Source of the DNA: an uncultured Gammaproteobacteria bacterium
Lineage (GTDB): Bacteria; Patescibacteriota; Microgenomatia; CAYFQP01
Assembly: GCA_964345375.1 (NCBI GenBank)
Contig: CAYFQP010000034.1
Location: forward strand, 65-64,064
Direction of reading: 5' to 3'
DNA length: 64,000 nucleotides
Every line of letters starts with the position of its first letter. Within the stretch, counting starts at the first letter, position 1. The translations under genes were made by a program, and so were the position numbers. Of this stretch, positions 17,225 through 25,864 are shown piece after piece. Below the pieces are notes generated by a model. It was given only the letters and a program-made list of their open reading frames with translations, was not told the DNA's origin and made no database searches.

Positions 17225-17760
17225 AGACTTTCTTTTTATTTATTATTGGAATTTTCACTTTTGGCTTAATTCTTGGTCTTCAAACCTCACCGGTTTTGAG
17301 TCAATGTCCTGCTAGTTGTCAACTTTTAGGTTGTGCACCGTGGGGAGAACCCTCTTGTACTTGTAATACTTGTTGCGGAAAAACAGAATGTAGCGGAGGA
17401 ACTTGTTGCGTCTACGATTGTCCTCCAGGATCTTGCGGTTGTTTTTTAGGAGAGACAGAGATAGACACAGAAAACTCCAAGACTCAAAAACTCCAAATAA
17501 AAGACTTTAAAGAAGGCGAAGTTATTTCTTCATTTGATCCGGAAACAGGAGAGATATCTGAAGGAGAAGTTACTGATGTGAGTGATTTAATAAGAGAAGG
17601 ATATTATGAATTGGAAACCGAGAGTGGGAAGAAGGTTAAGGTGACCGGAGAACACCCGTTCCTGGCTGTTAAAAAAGAGAGTTCTTATCATTCAAGGTTT
17701 AAACTACAGTTAGATAAGCTCCTTTCCTCCATTCAGAATAAATTAAGTAAAATATTTTAA
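17221..17760 (+). CDS. secreted Cys-rich protein with Hint (Hedgehog/intein-like) N-terminal half
   Basis: Signal peptide MKTFFLFIIGIFTFGLILGLQTSPVLS; 14 Cys in CPASCQLLGCAPWGEPSCTCNTCCGKTECSGGTCCVYDCPPGSCGC; then CFLGETEID... (intein block A) and KVKVTGEHPFLAV (block B TxxH). The ORF stops about 30 aa later, so the C-terminal Hint blocks are absent. Confidence 0.6.
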   Translation: MKTFFLFIIGIFTFGLILGLQTSPVLSQCPASCQLLGCAPWGEPSCTCNTCCGKTECSGGTCCVYDCPPGSCGCFLGETEIDTENSKTQKLQIKDFKEGEVISSFDPETGEISEGEVTDVSDLIREGYYELETESGKKVKVTGEHPFLAVKKESSYHSRFKLQLDKLLSSIQNKLSKIF

Positions 17761-17861
17761 AGATCTTCACAGGCTCGGAGATTCAGATGAGATTCAATCT
17801 TTATGATTGACCAGGTTTGAACCCTGGGATTGCTTTGTGATATTCTTTTTACAAGAGGAAC

Positions 17862-19571
17862 ATGAGTATGGGGCTAGCCTACGCACTTTTTCTGATTCTT
17901 CTGGCTGGGTTTTTAGGTGGGTTTATTGCCAGAAAACTTCGTCAACCTCTTCTTTTGGGTTATATCTTGGCTGGAGTGATTATTGGTGCTTTAGCTTTAC
18001 CGATTTTAGACCAGGGAGCAGTCAAGACTTTGGCGGAAATTGGGGTGGCTCTTTTAATGTTTGCCTTGGGAATTGAGTTTTCTTTGGTCAGGCTTAAAAG
18101 GGTTAAAGAAATTGCGGTCTGGGGTGGTTTAATTCAAATTCTCTTAACTATTCTTTTAGGCTTGCTTATTTTTCCTCGATTTGGCTTTGATTTTTATTCT
18201 TCTTTATTTATGGCTTCAGCTTTTTCTCTTTCTTCAACCGCAGTGGTGACTAAATTACTTTCTGAGAAAGGAGAATTAGATTCTTTACCCGGAGAAATCA
18301 TGGTTGGCTGGTTGCTTATCCAAGATTTAGCTGTTTTGCCGATGTTAGCCATTTTACCTAAAGTAGCCATTTTAGAAACCAGTCAATTTTGGCAGATTCT
18401 TCTCAGTGTTGGTGAAGCGGCTGGTTTGTTATTCTTGGTCATTCTTTTAGGCAGGAGTTTGATTACCAAACTAATTGACCGAATTGCCGCCATCAATTCC
18501 CGGGAGCTTCTTCTTCTCTCAGTCGTTGCTTTATGTCTGGCAGCCGCTTTTGGCACTTATTGGTTAGGCCTTTCTTTTGCTTTAGGTGCCTTTTTAGCTG
18601 GCCTGATTGTTTCTGAATCTTCCCAAAATCACGCCATTTTTTCAGAGATTAGGCCTCTTCGGGATGTCTTTGTGATTGTCTTTTTTGTTTCTTTAGGAAT
18701 GATGATTACTCCTAACTTTATTCTTGCCAAACTTTCAATCATTCTTGGTTTATTAATTCTGGTTCTTTTGGTCAAGTTTATTGTTGTCATTGGTCTGGTT
18801 CTCTATCTTGGTTATCACACCAAGACCGCTTTCTTAGTAGCCATTGGCTTGGTTCAGGTAGGCGAATTCTCTTTTGTCTTAGCCAGATTGGGAATTAATC
18901 AAGGCTTAATTACTGAGGAAATTTATAGTTATATTCTGGCTGTGGCCATGCTCTCAATTCTCTTAACGCCCTTCTTGTTTAGTTTAGCACCCAAAGTCTA
19001 TCTTTGGATAAGAAAGATGGCTGGTAAACGGTTTCCCAAGCTTTATTCCTTGGTTTTTGCTCGGTTCGAACACCGCCAAGCTCAAGAAGAATTACCTTTA
19101 GAAAATCATGTCATTATTTGTGGCTATGGCCGGGTTGGTGGTTGGTTAGGCAGAGCTTTAGAGATGGCTGAGGTCCCTTTTGTAGTTGTTGATTATAATT
19201 TTAAAGTGGTAGCTGATTTAAAAGAGAAGGGGATACCCGTTATTTATGGTGATCCCGGAGACATTGATGTTCTTAATGTGGCTCAAGTCAAGAAAGCGAA
19301 GACAATCGTGATTGCCATTCCTGATCGCCACACTCAAGAACTGGTAATAGGTAATTGCCAAACCCTTAATCCGAATTTAAGTATTATTTCCCGAATCCAC
19401 CATAAAGAAGATCAAGCCAGATTAAAAGCCTTAGGCGTAAAAACAATCATCCAACCAGAATTCGAAGCCAGTTTGTCAATGATTCACCGAATTCTCCAGA
19501 CTTATGGTTTAGAAAAAGAAGAAGTTAGTAAGAAAATCAAAAGAATCAAGATTGAACATGGGATGGGGTAG
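17862..19571 (+). CDS. CPA2 family monovalent cation:proton antiporter (KefB-like) with C-terminal RCK/TrkA-N domain
   Basis: About 12 TM helices; C-terminal Rossmann motif VIICGYGRVGGWLG. Confidence 0.85.
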   Translation: MSMGLAYALFLILLAGFLGGFIARKLRQPLLLGYILAGVIIGALALPILDQGAVKTLAEIGVALLMFALGIEFSLVRLKRVKEIAVWGGLIQILLTILLGLLIFPRFGFDFYSSLFMASAFSLSSTAVVTKLLSEKGELDSLPGEIMVGWLLIQDLAVLPMLAILPKVAILETSQFWQILLSVGEAAGLLFLVILLGRSLITKLIDRIAAINSRELLLLSVVALCLAAAFGTYWLGLSFALGAFLAGLIVSESSQNHAIFSEIRPLRDVFVIVFFVSLGMMITPNFILAKLSIILGLLILVLLVKFIVVIGLVLYLGYHTKTAFLVAIGLVQVGEFSFVLARLGINQGLITEEIYSYILAVAMLSILLTPFLFSLAPKVYLWIRKMAGKRFPKLYSLVFARFEHRQAQEELPLENHVIICGYGRVGGWLGRALEMAEVPFVVVDYNFKVVADLKEKGIPVIYGDPGDIDVLNVAQVKKAKTIVIAIPDRHTQELVIGNCQTLNPNLSIISRIHHKEDQARLKALGVKTIIQPEFEASLSMIHRILQTYGLEKEEVSKKIKRIKIEHGMG

Positions 19572-19619
19572 GTAATTAGAAGAAGCATTTTGTAAATCCT
19601 TCCACTATAATAAATTCTA

Positions 19620-20615
19620 ATGAATCCAAAGAAAAAAACTAGAACCATTAAAGAAAAAGAACCAAGGTGGAAAAGGGAGCATAAAAATGAACAGGCAAAG
19701 AAGAGGCTGAGGTTGGTTAAAGTCTGGGTGTTTATTTTCTTTCTTCTTATCCTTCTTGGTTTGGGAATCAAAGCCTGGTTAAGTTATCGTTATCGAATTT
19801 GGGATGGAAAAAGCCAACTTAATTTAGCCATTAGCGCTGAGGAGACCTATCTCTTAAGTCTTGATCCAGTTGCCTCAGAAATGGTTTTTCTCAAGATTCC
19901 TGCCAAAACAGAAATGCAAGTTGCCTTTGGTTATGGTTTCTATCCGCTTGGTTCAGTCTACGAACTGAGTTGTTTAGAAAAAAAGGAAGGCGAGCTTTTA
20001 GCGGCTACCTTAGAGAACAACCTGGCTTTACCAGTTAAAGGCTGGTTATCTTTTTCTGATAGAATTAATCCTCAAGAACCTAAGGCTTGGTTAAACCAAG
20101 TGATTTATTTATTGCTTCAACGCCAGGCAAAGAGCAATCTTACCTCCTGGGATCTCCTTTCCTTATTGTTGGCAAACAGGAATGTCCCTATTTATAAGGT
20201 CGAAACATTCGATTTGGGTAATTTAAATTTACTAGAAGAAATCGAACTTCCGGATAAAACTAAAGGACTAAAAATCAATCCAGAAATCTTAGATAGTTTT
20301 CTTCAAAAGCATTTTCAAGAAAGAAAAATTCGTCAGGAGAACTTAGTTGTTGAGGTGATTAATTCAACCCAGTCTCCTGGTTTGGCAGAGAGGGGAGCGA
20401 GATTATTAACTAATATTGGTTTTGAAGTAGCGGCGGTGGGTAACCAAGAAGAGAAGATTAATCGTTGTTTGTTGATTGGCAATCAGGAGATGAAAAAGAC
20501 TTTTTCAGCCGAGCGGATTCAACAGATTTTTGACTGTCAATGGCAAAACAGCCAAGAGCAGGGAAGAGCGGATTTAATTCTTGTCTCAGGAGAAGAATAT
20601 CAAAAGCGATTTTAG
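19620..20615 (+). CDS. membrane protein with C-terminal LytR_C domain
   Basis: Basic N-terminus, single TM, C-terminal LVVEVINSTQSPGLAERGARLLTNIGFEVAAVGN pattern typical of LytR_C. Confidence 0.55.
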   Translation: MNPKKKTRTIKEKEPRWKREHKNEQAKKRLRLVKVWVFIFFLLILLGLGIKAWLSYRYRIWDGKSQLNLAISAEETYLLSLDPVASEMVFLKIPAKTEMQVAFGYGFYPLGSVYELSCLEKKEGELLAATLENNLALPVKGWLSFSDRINPQEPKAWLNQVIYLLLQRQAKSNLTSWDLLSLLLANRNVPIYKVETFDLGNLNLLEEIELPDKTKGLKINPEILDSFLQKHFQERKIRQENLVVEVINSTQSPGLAERGARLLTNIGFEVAAVGNQEEKINRCLLIGNQEMKKTFSAERIQQIFDCQWQNSQEQGRADLILVSGEEYQKRF

Positions 20616-21304
20616 TCTAATTCCTCGTCTTCATTAATCATTTCCGGTGGTTCCTCATGAACTAAATCTGGAGGAGTGAAGGACTGATATTCTGATTCTT
20701 GGCTGACAAAAGAAGGAAAATTGGCAAATTTTTTTGAACGGAAGGTCTCCCTAAGAAAAACTTTGACGCCATCACTAGTAGAGCGAATAAAAGCTTGGTA
20801 TTTATTACCACCCTTGATTAAGGATATCAGTCTTTGAGAACTATCATCTGGTAATTTACCAATGTAAACATCTGTTTGAGTAAGAAGGCTAATTCTTCTT
20901 TGGCGGGGAACAAGTTTGACTTCTTCACCAATCGCCAGTTTGTTAATGACGGCTTTATCAGCTAGATTGATAAGGCTAATGGTTTTGGTTTTACCTGGTT
21001 CTTCAATAAAAAGATCAGGGTCGCTTGGGCCTAAAAATCCTTTTTTAGCGGTTGAGACACCAATCTTATTAAGATTTTTTAGAGCAATTGGATTGAATTT
21101 ATCAATGGAAAGAACTTTTTTAATTGTCGCCCGGCCGTCTTTCTTTTTACCAAGCTCGAGAAAAGCTTTGGTGAGCCGGTTTAAGGCCGGAACATTTTTC
21201 GGATCTTTTTTGATGATTTTTTGATTTAACTTAACCGCTTCTTGCCATTGATTAAGAAGAGCGGCGTCAATTGCTCGTTGGGCAAGTTTTTTGATTTCGT
21301 CCAT
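20612..21304 (-). CDS. hypothetical protein with N-terminal TPR-like repeats
   Basis: AEAxxxxxxG-like helical repeats (WQEAVKLNQKIIKKDPKNVPALNRLTKAFLELGKKKDG); C-terminal part unknown. Confidence 0.5.
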   Translation of the reverse strand: MDEIKKLAQRAIDAALLNQWQEAVKLNQKIIKKDPKNVPALNRLTKAFLELGKKKDGRATIKKVLSIDKFNPIALKNLNKIGVSTAKKGFLGPSDPDLFIEEPGKTKTISLINLADKAVINKLAIGEEVKLVPRQRRISLLTQTDVYIGKLPDDSSQRLISLIKGGNKYQAFIRSTSDGVKVFLRETFRSKKFANFPSFVSQESEYQSFTPPDLVHEEPPEMINEDEELD

Positions 21305-21369
21305 TTGATTGTTTAACAGTATAGAGAATTAAGAGGAGTTGTCAAGAGGTTATGTGTTAAAATATACCC

Positions 21370-22122
21370 ATGTCTGGGCATTCTAAGTGGTCAAAAATCC
21401 ATCGCCAGAAAGAAGTGGCTGACGCTAAAAGAGGCAGACTGTTTACCAAATTAGGCAGAGCGATTAGCGTGGCTGTTCGTGAAGGTGAGGGAGTAACTGA
21501 TCCGGACGCTAATTTCCAGCTTCGTTTGGCTGTTGAAAAAGCCAAACAATACAATATGCCCAAAGTTAATATCGAACGAGCCATTCAGCGAGGAGTAGGC
21601 AAGGGAGAGGAGAGCAGGCTTGAAGAAATTATTTATGAAGGTTATGGACCTGAAGGAACAGCTCTTCTAATCAAAACGACAACTGACAATAAACAACGGA
21701 CTGGTCAGGAAATCAAGAACATCTTTACTAGAGGAGGAGGGAGTTTGGCTGGCCCAGGCTCTGTCTCATATCAATTTGAAACTCAAGGTTCTCTACTAAT
21801 TGAGAAACCGAGTAGAGAAGAGGCGATTTTAAAATTAATTGATTTAGGGGTTAGAGATTTTGAAGAAAGTGAGGATGAAGTAGAAATTTATGTTGAACCA
21901 GAGAAATTAGAGACGATAAAACAGAAGTTAGATGAAGCAGGTTATAAGATAAAGAGTTATGAGCTCTCAATGGAGCCAAAGAATTTAATTAAGATTGGAG
22001 ACAAGCAAAAAGCAATCAAAGTCCTTAATTTTATGGAAAAACTCCAAGAGCATGATGATGTCCAGAAAGTTTTTGCTAATTTTGATATTCCTGATGAGAT
22101 TCTTGATCAAATAAAAAAGTGA
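21370..22122 (+). CDS. yebC: YebC/PmpR family DNA-binding regulatory protein
   Basis: MSGHSKWSKIHRQKEVADAKRGRLFTKLGRAISVAV signature N-terminus. Confidence 0.9.
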   Translation: MSGHSKWSKIHRQKEVADAKRGRLFTKLGRAISVAVREGEGVTDPDANFQLRLAVEKAKQYNMPKVNIERAIQRGVGKGEESRLEEIIYEGYGPEGTALLIKTTTDNKQRTGQEIKNIFTRGGGSLAGPGSVSYQFETQGSLLIEKPSREEAILKLIDLGVRDFEESEDEVEIYVEPEKLETIKQKLDEAGYKIKSYELSMEPKNLIKIGDKQKAIKVLNFMEKLQEHDDVQKVFANFDIPDEILDQIKK

Positions 22123-22886
22123 GTAAACGTCAAAAATTTATTCTTTCCTCAGTCAGCCTTTCGGCCGGGTTAATGCTCATTCAAATGGCTGGTTTCCAAT
22201 GGCGTTATTCAGCCATTGCTCTTCTTTCTTTATTAGCCGCTGGTTTTACTCTTTGGTCTTTGAGAGAGGCCTTAGCCGGAGTTCGCTATCTAACAACAAT
22301 TATCTTACCGGCTCTTTTTACGGCTGGAGTAGGCCTTTTCTATTTTCTTTTACCAAGCACCTGGTTAGCTGTTTTACCAATTGCCTTGCTTTATGGTTTT
22401 GGTTTTTATGCTCTTTTATTAACTGAAAATATTTTTTCAGTCTCCGCAATTAGAACAATTCAGCTTTTCCGGGCGGCTCAAGCAGTCGGTTTTCTTTTAA
22501 CTTTATTGACTGCCTTTTTTCTCTTTGATACGGTTTATTCCTTTAAGTTCTATCCTTGGATTAATGCTTTTTTTGTCTTTATTATTGCCTTACCTCTTTA
22601 TTTTCAAGGATTATGGAGTATTGAGCTTGAAGAAAAAATTAGTCGTCGGTCAGTTGTTTTTTCTCTGGTTTTAGCCTTAGTTTCAGCTGAATTAGCCCTC
22701 ATAATTTCTTTCATGCCTTTAACCATTGCCATGAGTTCTTTGTTTTTAACAACAACAGTCTATGTTGGTCTTGGTCTTTCTCAGGCCCATTTTCAAGCTC
22801 GACTCTTTCGGAGAACGATTTATGAATATTTGGCTGTCGGCGCAATTGTTCTGCTGGTGATGATCTTAACTGTTAATTGGGGATAG
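22119..22886 (+). CDS. hypothetical polytopic membrane protein
   Basis: 255 aa, about 7 hydrophobic segments; ATGA overlap with yebC. Confidence 0.5.
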   Translation: MSKRQKFILSSVSLSAGLMLIQMAGFQWRYSAIALLSLLAAGFTLWSLREALAGVRYLTTIILPALFTAGVGLFYFLLPSTWLAVLPIALLYGFGFYALLLTENIFSVSAIRTIQLFRAAQAVGFLLTLLTAFFLFDTVYSFKFYPWINAFFVFIIALPLYFQGLWSIELEEKISRRSVVFSLVLALVSAELALIISFMPLTIAMSSLFLTTTVYVGLGLSQAHFQARLFRRTIYEYLAVGAIVLLVMILTVNWG

Positions 22887-23271
22887 GGGAGTCATAAAAA
22901 TTATACATTCTTGTCTGAATTCCGAATTTTTCCAATAAAAATCATCTTTGGTGTTTAATCGAACAAGAAAAACTTGCTCAAGAAACAAAAAAAATTTTGA
23001 CAGACATCTCAACTAGGGGAGAGAGGTAAGAGAAAATTATCAATGATTAAATTTTAACCACTAATATCCTATAATAAATGCAACATTTTCATGAAAATCA
23101 TAGGCTATTTTTCACAAGACGGCAAATAATAGAGAAGACTGCTAATTAATTTAACTCTTCAGACACCCAACTAAGAACCTAAAACCATAGAGTTAACTTC
23201 CGTAGGGAGCTTCACTCCTCTCCACTTTAGCCTTGAAAATAAAGAAACGTGCCTAAATATTGCCCCAAATT

Positions 23272-23291
23272 TTTGATATAGTTTGATATAG
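23272..23291. repeat. tandem direct repeat TTTGATATAG x2 immediately upstream of a DnaA box
   Basis: Direct reading of the sequence. Confidence 0.6.
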
Positions 23292-23294
23292 TTC

Positions 23295-23303
23295 TGTGGA
23301 TAA
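23295..23303. promoter_or_regulatory. perfect DnaA box (TGTGGATAA = TTATCCACA reverse complement) within a 1.2 kb AT-rich non-coding region
   Basis: Exact 9-mer consensus; a second 8/9 match TTATCCAAA lies at 23700-23708. Confidence 0.35.
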
Positions 23304-24048
23304 GTCTAGAGGGAGAGAAGAAGACCGTTTGTTTAGGAAACAAATAATCATAGGAAGAACAAGAATAAAATAAAGACAGAATGTTGAAGAGAAGGAGCTT
23401 TCTCTATCACCCCCTTAAAAGAAAAACAGAGGCACCTGTTAAGAGGGAGTCTTGTTCTTACATTGTCGCACAAAAAAACCTTTGCGACTTTAAATCTCCT
23501 CCCTTTCGGAGAAGGTTCTAAAGATGAAGATAGGAATTATTTTCAAAAAGTTTTTCTTAATTTTTGTCTGGCTCGATTACTATTTATTTAATTAACTCTC
23601 TATTTTTTGATTTTTCTATTTTCTTTTATTTTTATAAAAACCCGAAAATTAGTTATTTCAAACTATTACTTTTTATAACTCCTCTTCCCCGGTCGGTTTT
23701 TATCCAAATTTTTTCCGCAAGACAAAAATTTAAAAAATCTTGATCAAGGATGATTAGAGACATTGCTTATCATTTAAAAAACGGTTCTAGGGCTTCTAAG
23801 AAACCCTTAGCCTCAGACTCAAGGCTAAAAAGAAATCTTAAAATCGCCTTCTCAGCCACTTTTAGACTTTTCCTTTTAAAATGTTTTCTTTTTTCTTTTT
23901 CAGAAACTTCATTAATTTTTTCAAAATCCTCTGGTTCTATTTTTCTTAGATTTTTATTTTAAAATCATTTTTAAAAATATTTATTAAGATAATAAAAGAC
24001 AATTTATTATTAAAAAATATTAGCCACTCTCTCAATGTCGCACAATAT

Positions 24049-24077
24049 TTGACAAATCATTTCCTTTGGAGTAAACT
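24049..24077 (+). promoter_or_regulatory. sigma70-like promoter (TTGACA - 17 nt - TAAACT) for the recombinase gene
   Basis: Consensus -35, 17-nt spacer and a 4/6 -10, eight nt before the ATG at 24085; overlaps the repeated motif TGTCGCACAA. Confidence 0.4.
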
Positions 24078-24084
24078 TTGATTA

Positions 24085-25023
24085 ATGCCCAAAACAACTT
24101 CTTTGTCAGAATTAAATCAACAATTTCTTGAATATTTAGAGATTGAACGCAATTGTTCTCCCTTGACGATCAGAAATTACAAACATTATCTCGATCGCTT
24201 TCTGAACTTTGCCTCCCCTACTCCAGAAAAACTATCTCCAAAAAATATTAATTTAGAGTTGATTAGAAAGTATCGTCTCTTTCTTTCAAGATATTCAGAC
24301 GATAAAGGGAAAACCCTTTCTCGAAAAACCCAGGCCTATCATGTTGTTGCTCTTCGTTCTTTTCTTCGTTGGCTAGTAAAGAATGATTACGAAACTTTAG
24401 CTCCAGAAAAAATTGATTTACCCAAACAAGAAACTCACTCTTTAAAATTCCTTAATGCTGAACAGATAGAAAGATTGCTTTCTCAACCAAATGTTTCTAA
24501 ACCTTTGGGATTAAGAAATAAGGCAATTTTGGAAGTTTTATTTTCAACTGGTTTGCGAGTTTCAGAGCTAGTGAATCTTAATCGTGATCAAATAAATCTT
24601 TCTCGGAGAGAGTTTGGGGTTATCGGCAAGGGTGGTCGGTCAAGAGTGGTTTTTCTTTCTGAAAGAGCAGTTAGATGGTTAAAACGATATCTTGATTCTC
24701 GCGATGACCAATACAAACCCTTGTTTATCAGAATCGCTGGTTCAGTTGACCCAACCACCCCAGGAGAAAAAATGCGATTGTCAGCCCGCTCAATTCAAAG
24801 GATTGTTGAAAAATATGCCAAAAAGGCAAAATTGCCAATTAAAATCACTCCTCATGGTCTCCGCCACACTTTTGCCACTGATTTATTAATGGCTGGAGCT
24901 GATATCCGAAGTGTTCAAGAACTCTTAGGTCATAAAAACATCCAAACTACTCAAGTCTATACCCATGTGACTGATAAAAAATTACGTGAAGTCCACGAAA
25001 AATATCACGGTAAGGGAAAATAA
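24085..25023 (+). CDS. tyrosine site-specific recombinase, XerC/XerD-like
   Basis: N-terminal SAM-like core-binding domain; catalytic region GLRVSEL, HGLRHTFATDLLMAGADIRSVQELLGHKNIQTTQVYTHV (R..HxxR..Y). Confidence 0.8.
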   Translation: MPKTTSLSELNQQFLEYLEIERNCSPLTIRNYKHYLDRFLNFASPTPEKLSPKNINLELIRKYRLFLSRYSDDKGKTLSRKTQAYHVVALRSFLRWLVKNDYETLAPEKIDLPKQETHSLKFLNAEQIERLLSQPNVSKPLGLRNKAILEVLFSTGLRVSELVNLNRDQINLSRREFGVIGKGGRSRVVFLSERAVRWLKRYLDSRDDQYKPLFIRIAGSVDPTTPGEKMRLSARSIQRIVEKYAKKAKLPIKITPHGLRHTFATDLLMAGADIRSVQELLGHKNIQTTQVYTHVTDKKLREVHEKYHGKGK

Positions 25024-25036
25024 AGCCCTGTGGTTG

Positions 25037-25045
25037 TGATATAAT
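25037..25045 (+). promoter_or_regulatory. extended -10 (TGATATAAT) ending 7 nt before the ATG of the 25053 gene, suggesting a leaderless transcript
   Basis: Perfect TGnTATAAT; no room for an SD before the ATG at 25053. Confidence 0.4.
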
Positions 25046-25052
25046 ATCTTTC

Positions 25053-25862
25053 ATGCATTCTGAAAAAAGTGAAAGAGTCCCAGAGTCTGAGGAGTTGGAG
25101 CCTCGGAAAATCATTTTAGATAAAGTTATTCCTGTTATTTCCTCTTATATTGAGCAGTTGTCAAATGACCCTTCCGAGTTAGCTCAGGAACGTGATTATC
25201 TTCTTGGAGAAATGTCTCGAAAAGATCTTGAGAGAAACAATGCGAATTTAAAGCGCCTCCAAGAATTTTTAAGAAAATTCGCAGATAATCCTGATGAGTT
25301 TAGGCTCACTTTTAGAAACGATCGCACGAATCCATTTAAGCATACATACTTGCTTTCCCTAAGGGACCCAGAAGACCCGCCGGAGTTCTCAACCAATTCT
25401 GATTTACCAGACACGGAATTTAATATCCAACTAGTTCTTCTTAAAAAAGAGGCTCCAGAATTAAGTGAGGGTAAAGAGGAAAGATTGAGATCTTTAGGGC
25501 GTAATGTTCCTCCTGAAAGGGCATTGGAAAGATCCCAAGAACAAGCTCCTAAGGAAATGACCCTTTATTTGACAGCCACTCAGGTTTATTGGCAAAAAAG
25601 AGAGCGAGGACCTAGTCTGGTGCCAGGACAAGACCATATCAGGCGAATCAATTATGAATCCGGAGTTGCTCTTTGTTGGTCTTCTCAAGAAGGCTCCCTC
25701 TCTTATGGTGTATTTTATTTAGGAGCGACCCCCCATTATTCGCGAATCTATGAAGAGACGAAAATTAGCCAAAAAGAATGTAAAGTTTTAAAAGATTTTT
25801 TCCTCCAACATTTTGAAAAAAGAAACCAGGAAAGAATTCCTTCCCAGAAATTCAGAAGCTAA
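25053..25862 (+). CDS. hypothetical protein
   Basis: 269-aa charged protein downstream of the recombinase; no known motif. Confidence 0.5.
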   Translation: MHSEKSERVPESEELEPRKIILDKVIPVISSYIEQLSNDPSELAQERDYLLGEMSRKDLERNNANLKRLQEFLRKFADNPDEFRLTFRNDRTNPFKHTYLLSLRDPEDPPEFSTNSDLPDTEFNIQLVLLKKEAPELSEGKEERLRSLGRNVPPERALERSQEQAPKEMTLYLTATQVYWQKRERGPSLVPGQDHIRRINYESGVALCWSSQEGSLSYGVFYLGATPHYSRIYEETKISQKECKVLKDFFLQHFEKRNQERIPSQKFRS

Positions 25863-25864
25863 AT

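Noticed and set aside
17807-18076. 89-aa ORF downstream of the Hint protein that could have been a frameshifted continuation of the Hint domain
   Set aside because: It is an alternate frame of the 5' end of the kefB-like antiporter gene and has no Hint C-terminal block motifs.
23750-23962. 70-aa ORF inside the AT-rich non-coding region
   Set aside because: Low-complexity translation (poly-Phe/Leu/Ser from AT-rich DNA), no start context; likely non-coding.
22887-24084. Calling the AT-rich region a definite oriC
   Set aside because: Only one perfect and one near-perfect DnaA box were found, and there is no adjacent dnaA/dnaN. Kept as a hypothesis in findings, not annotated as an origin.
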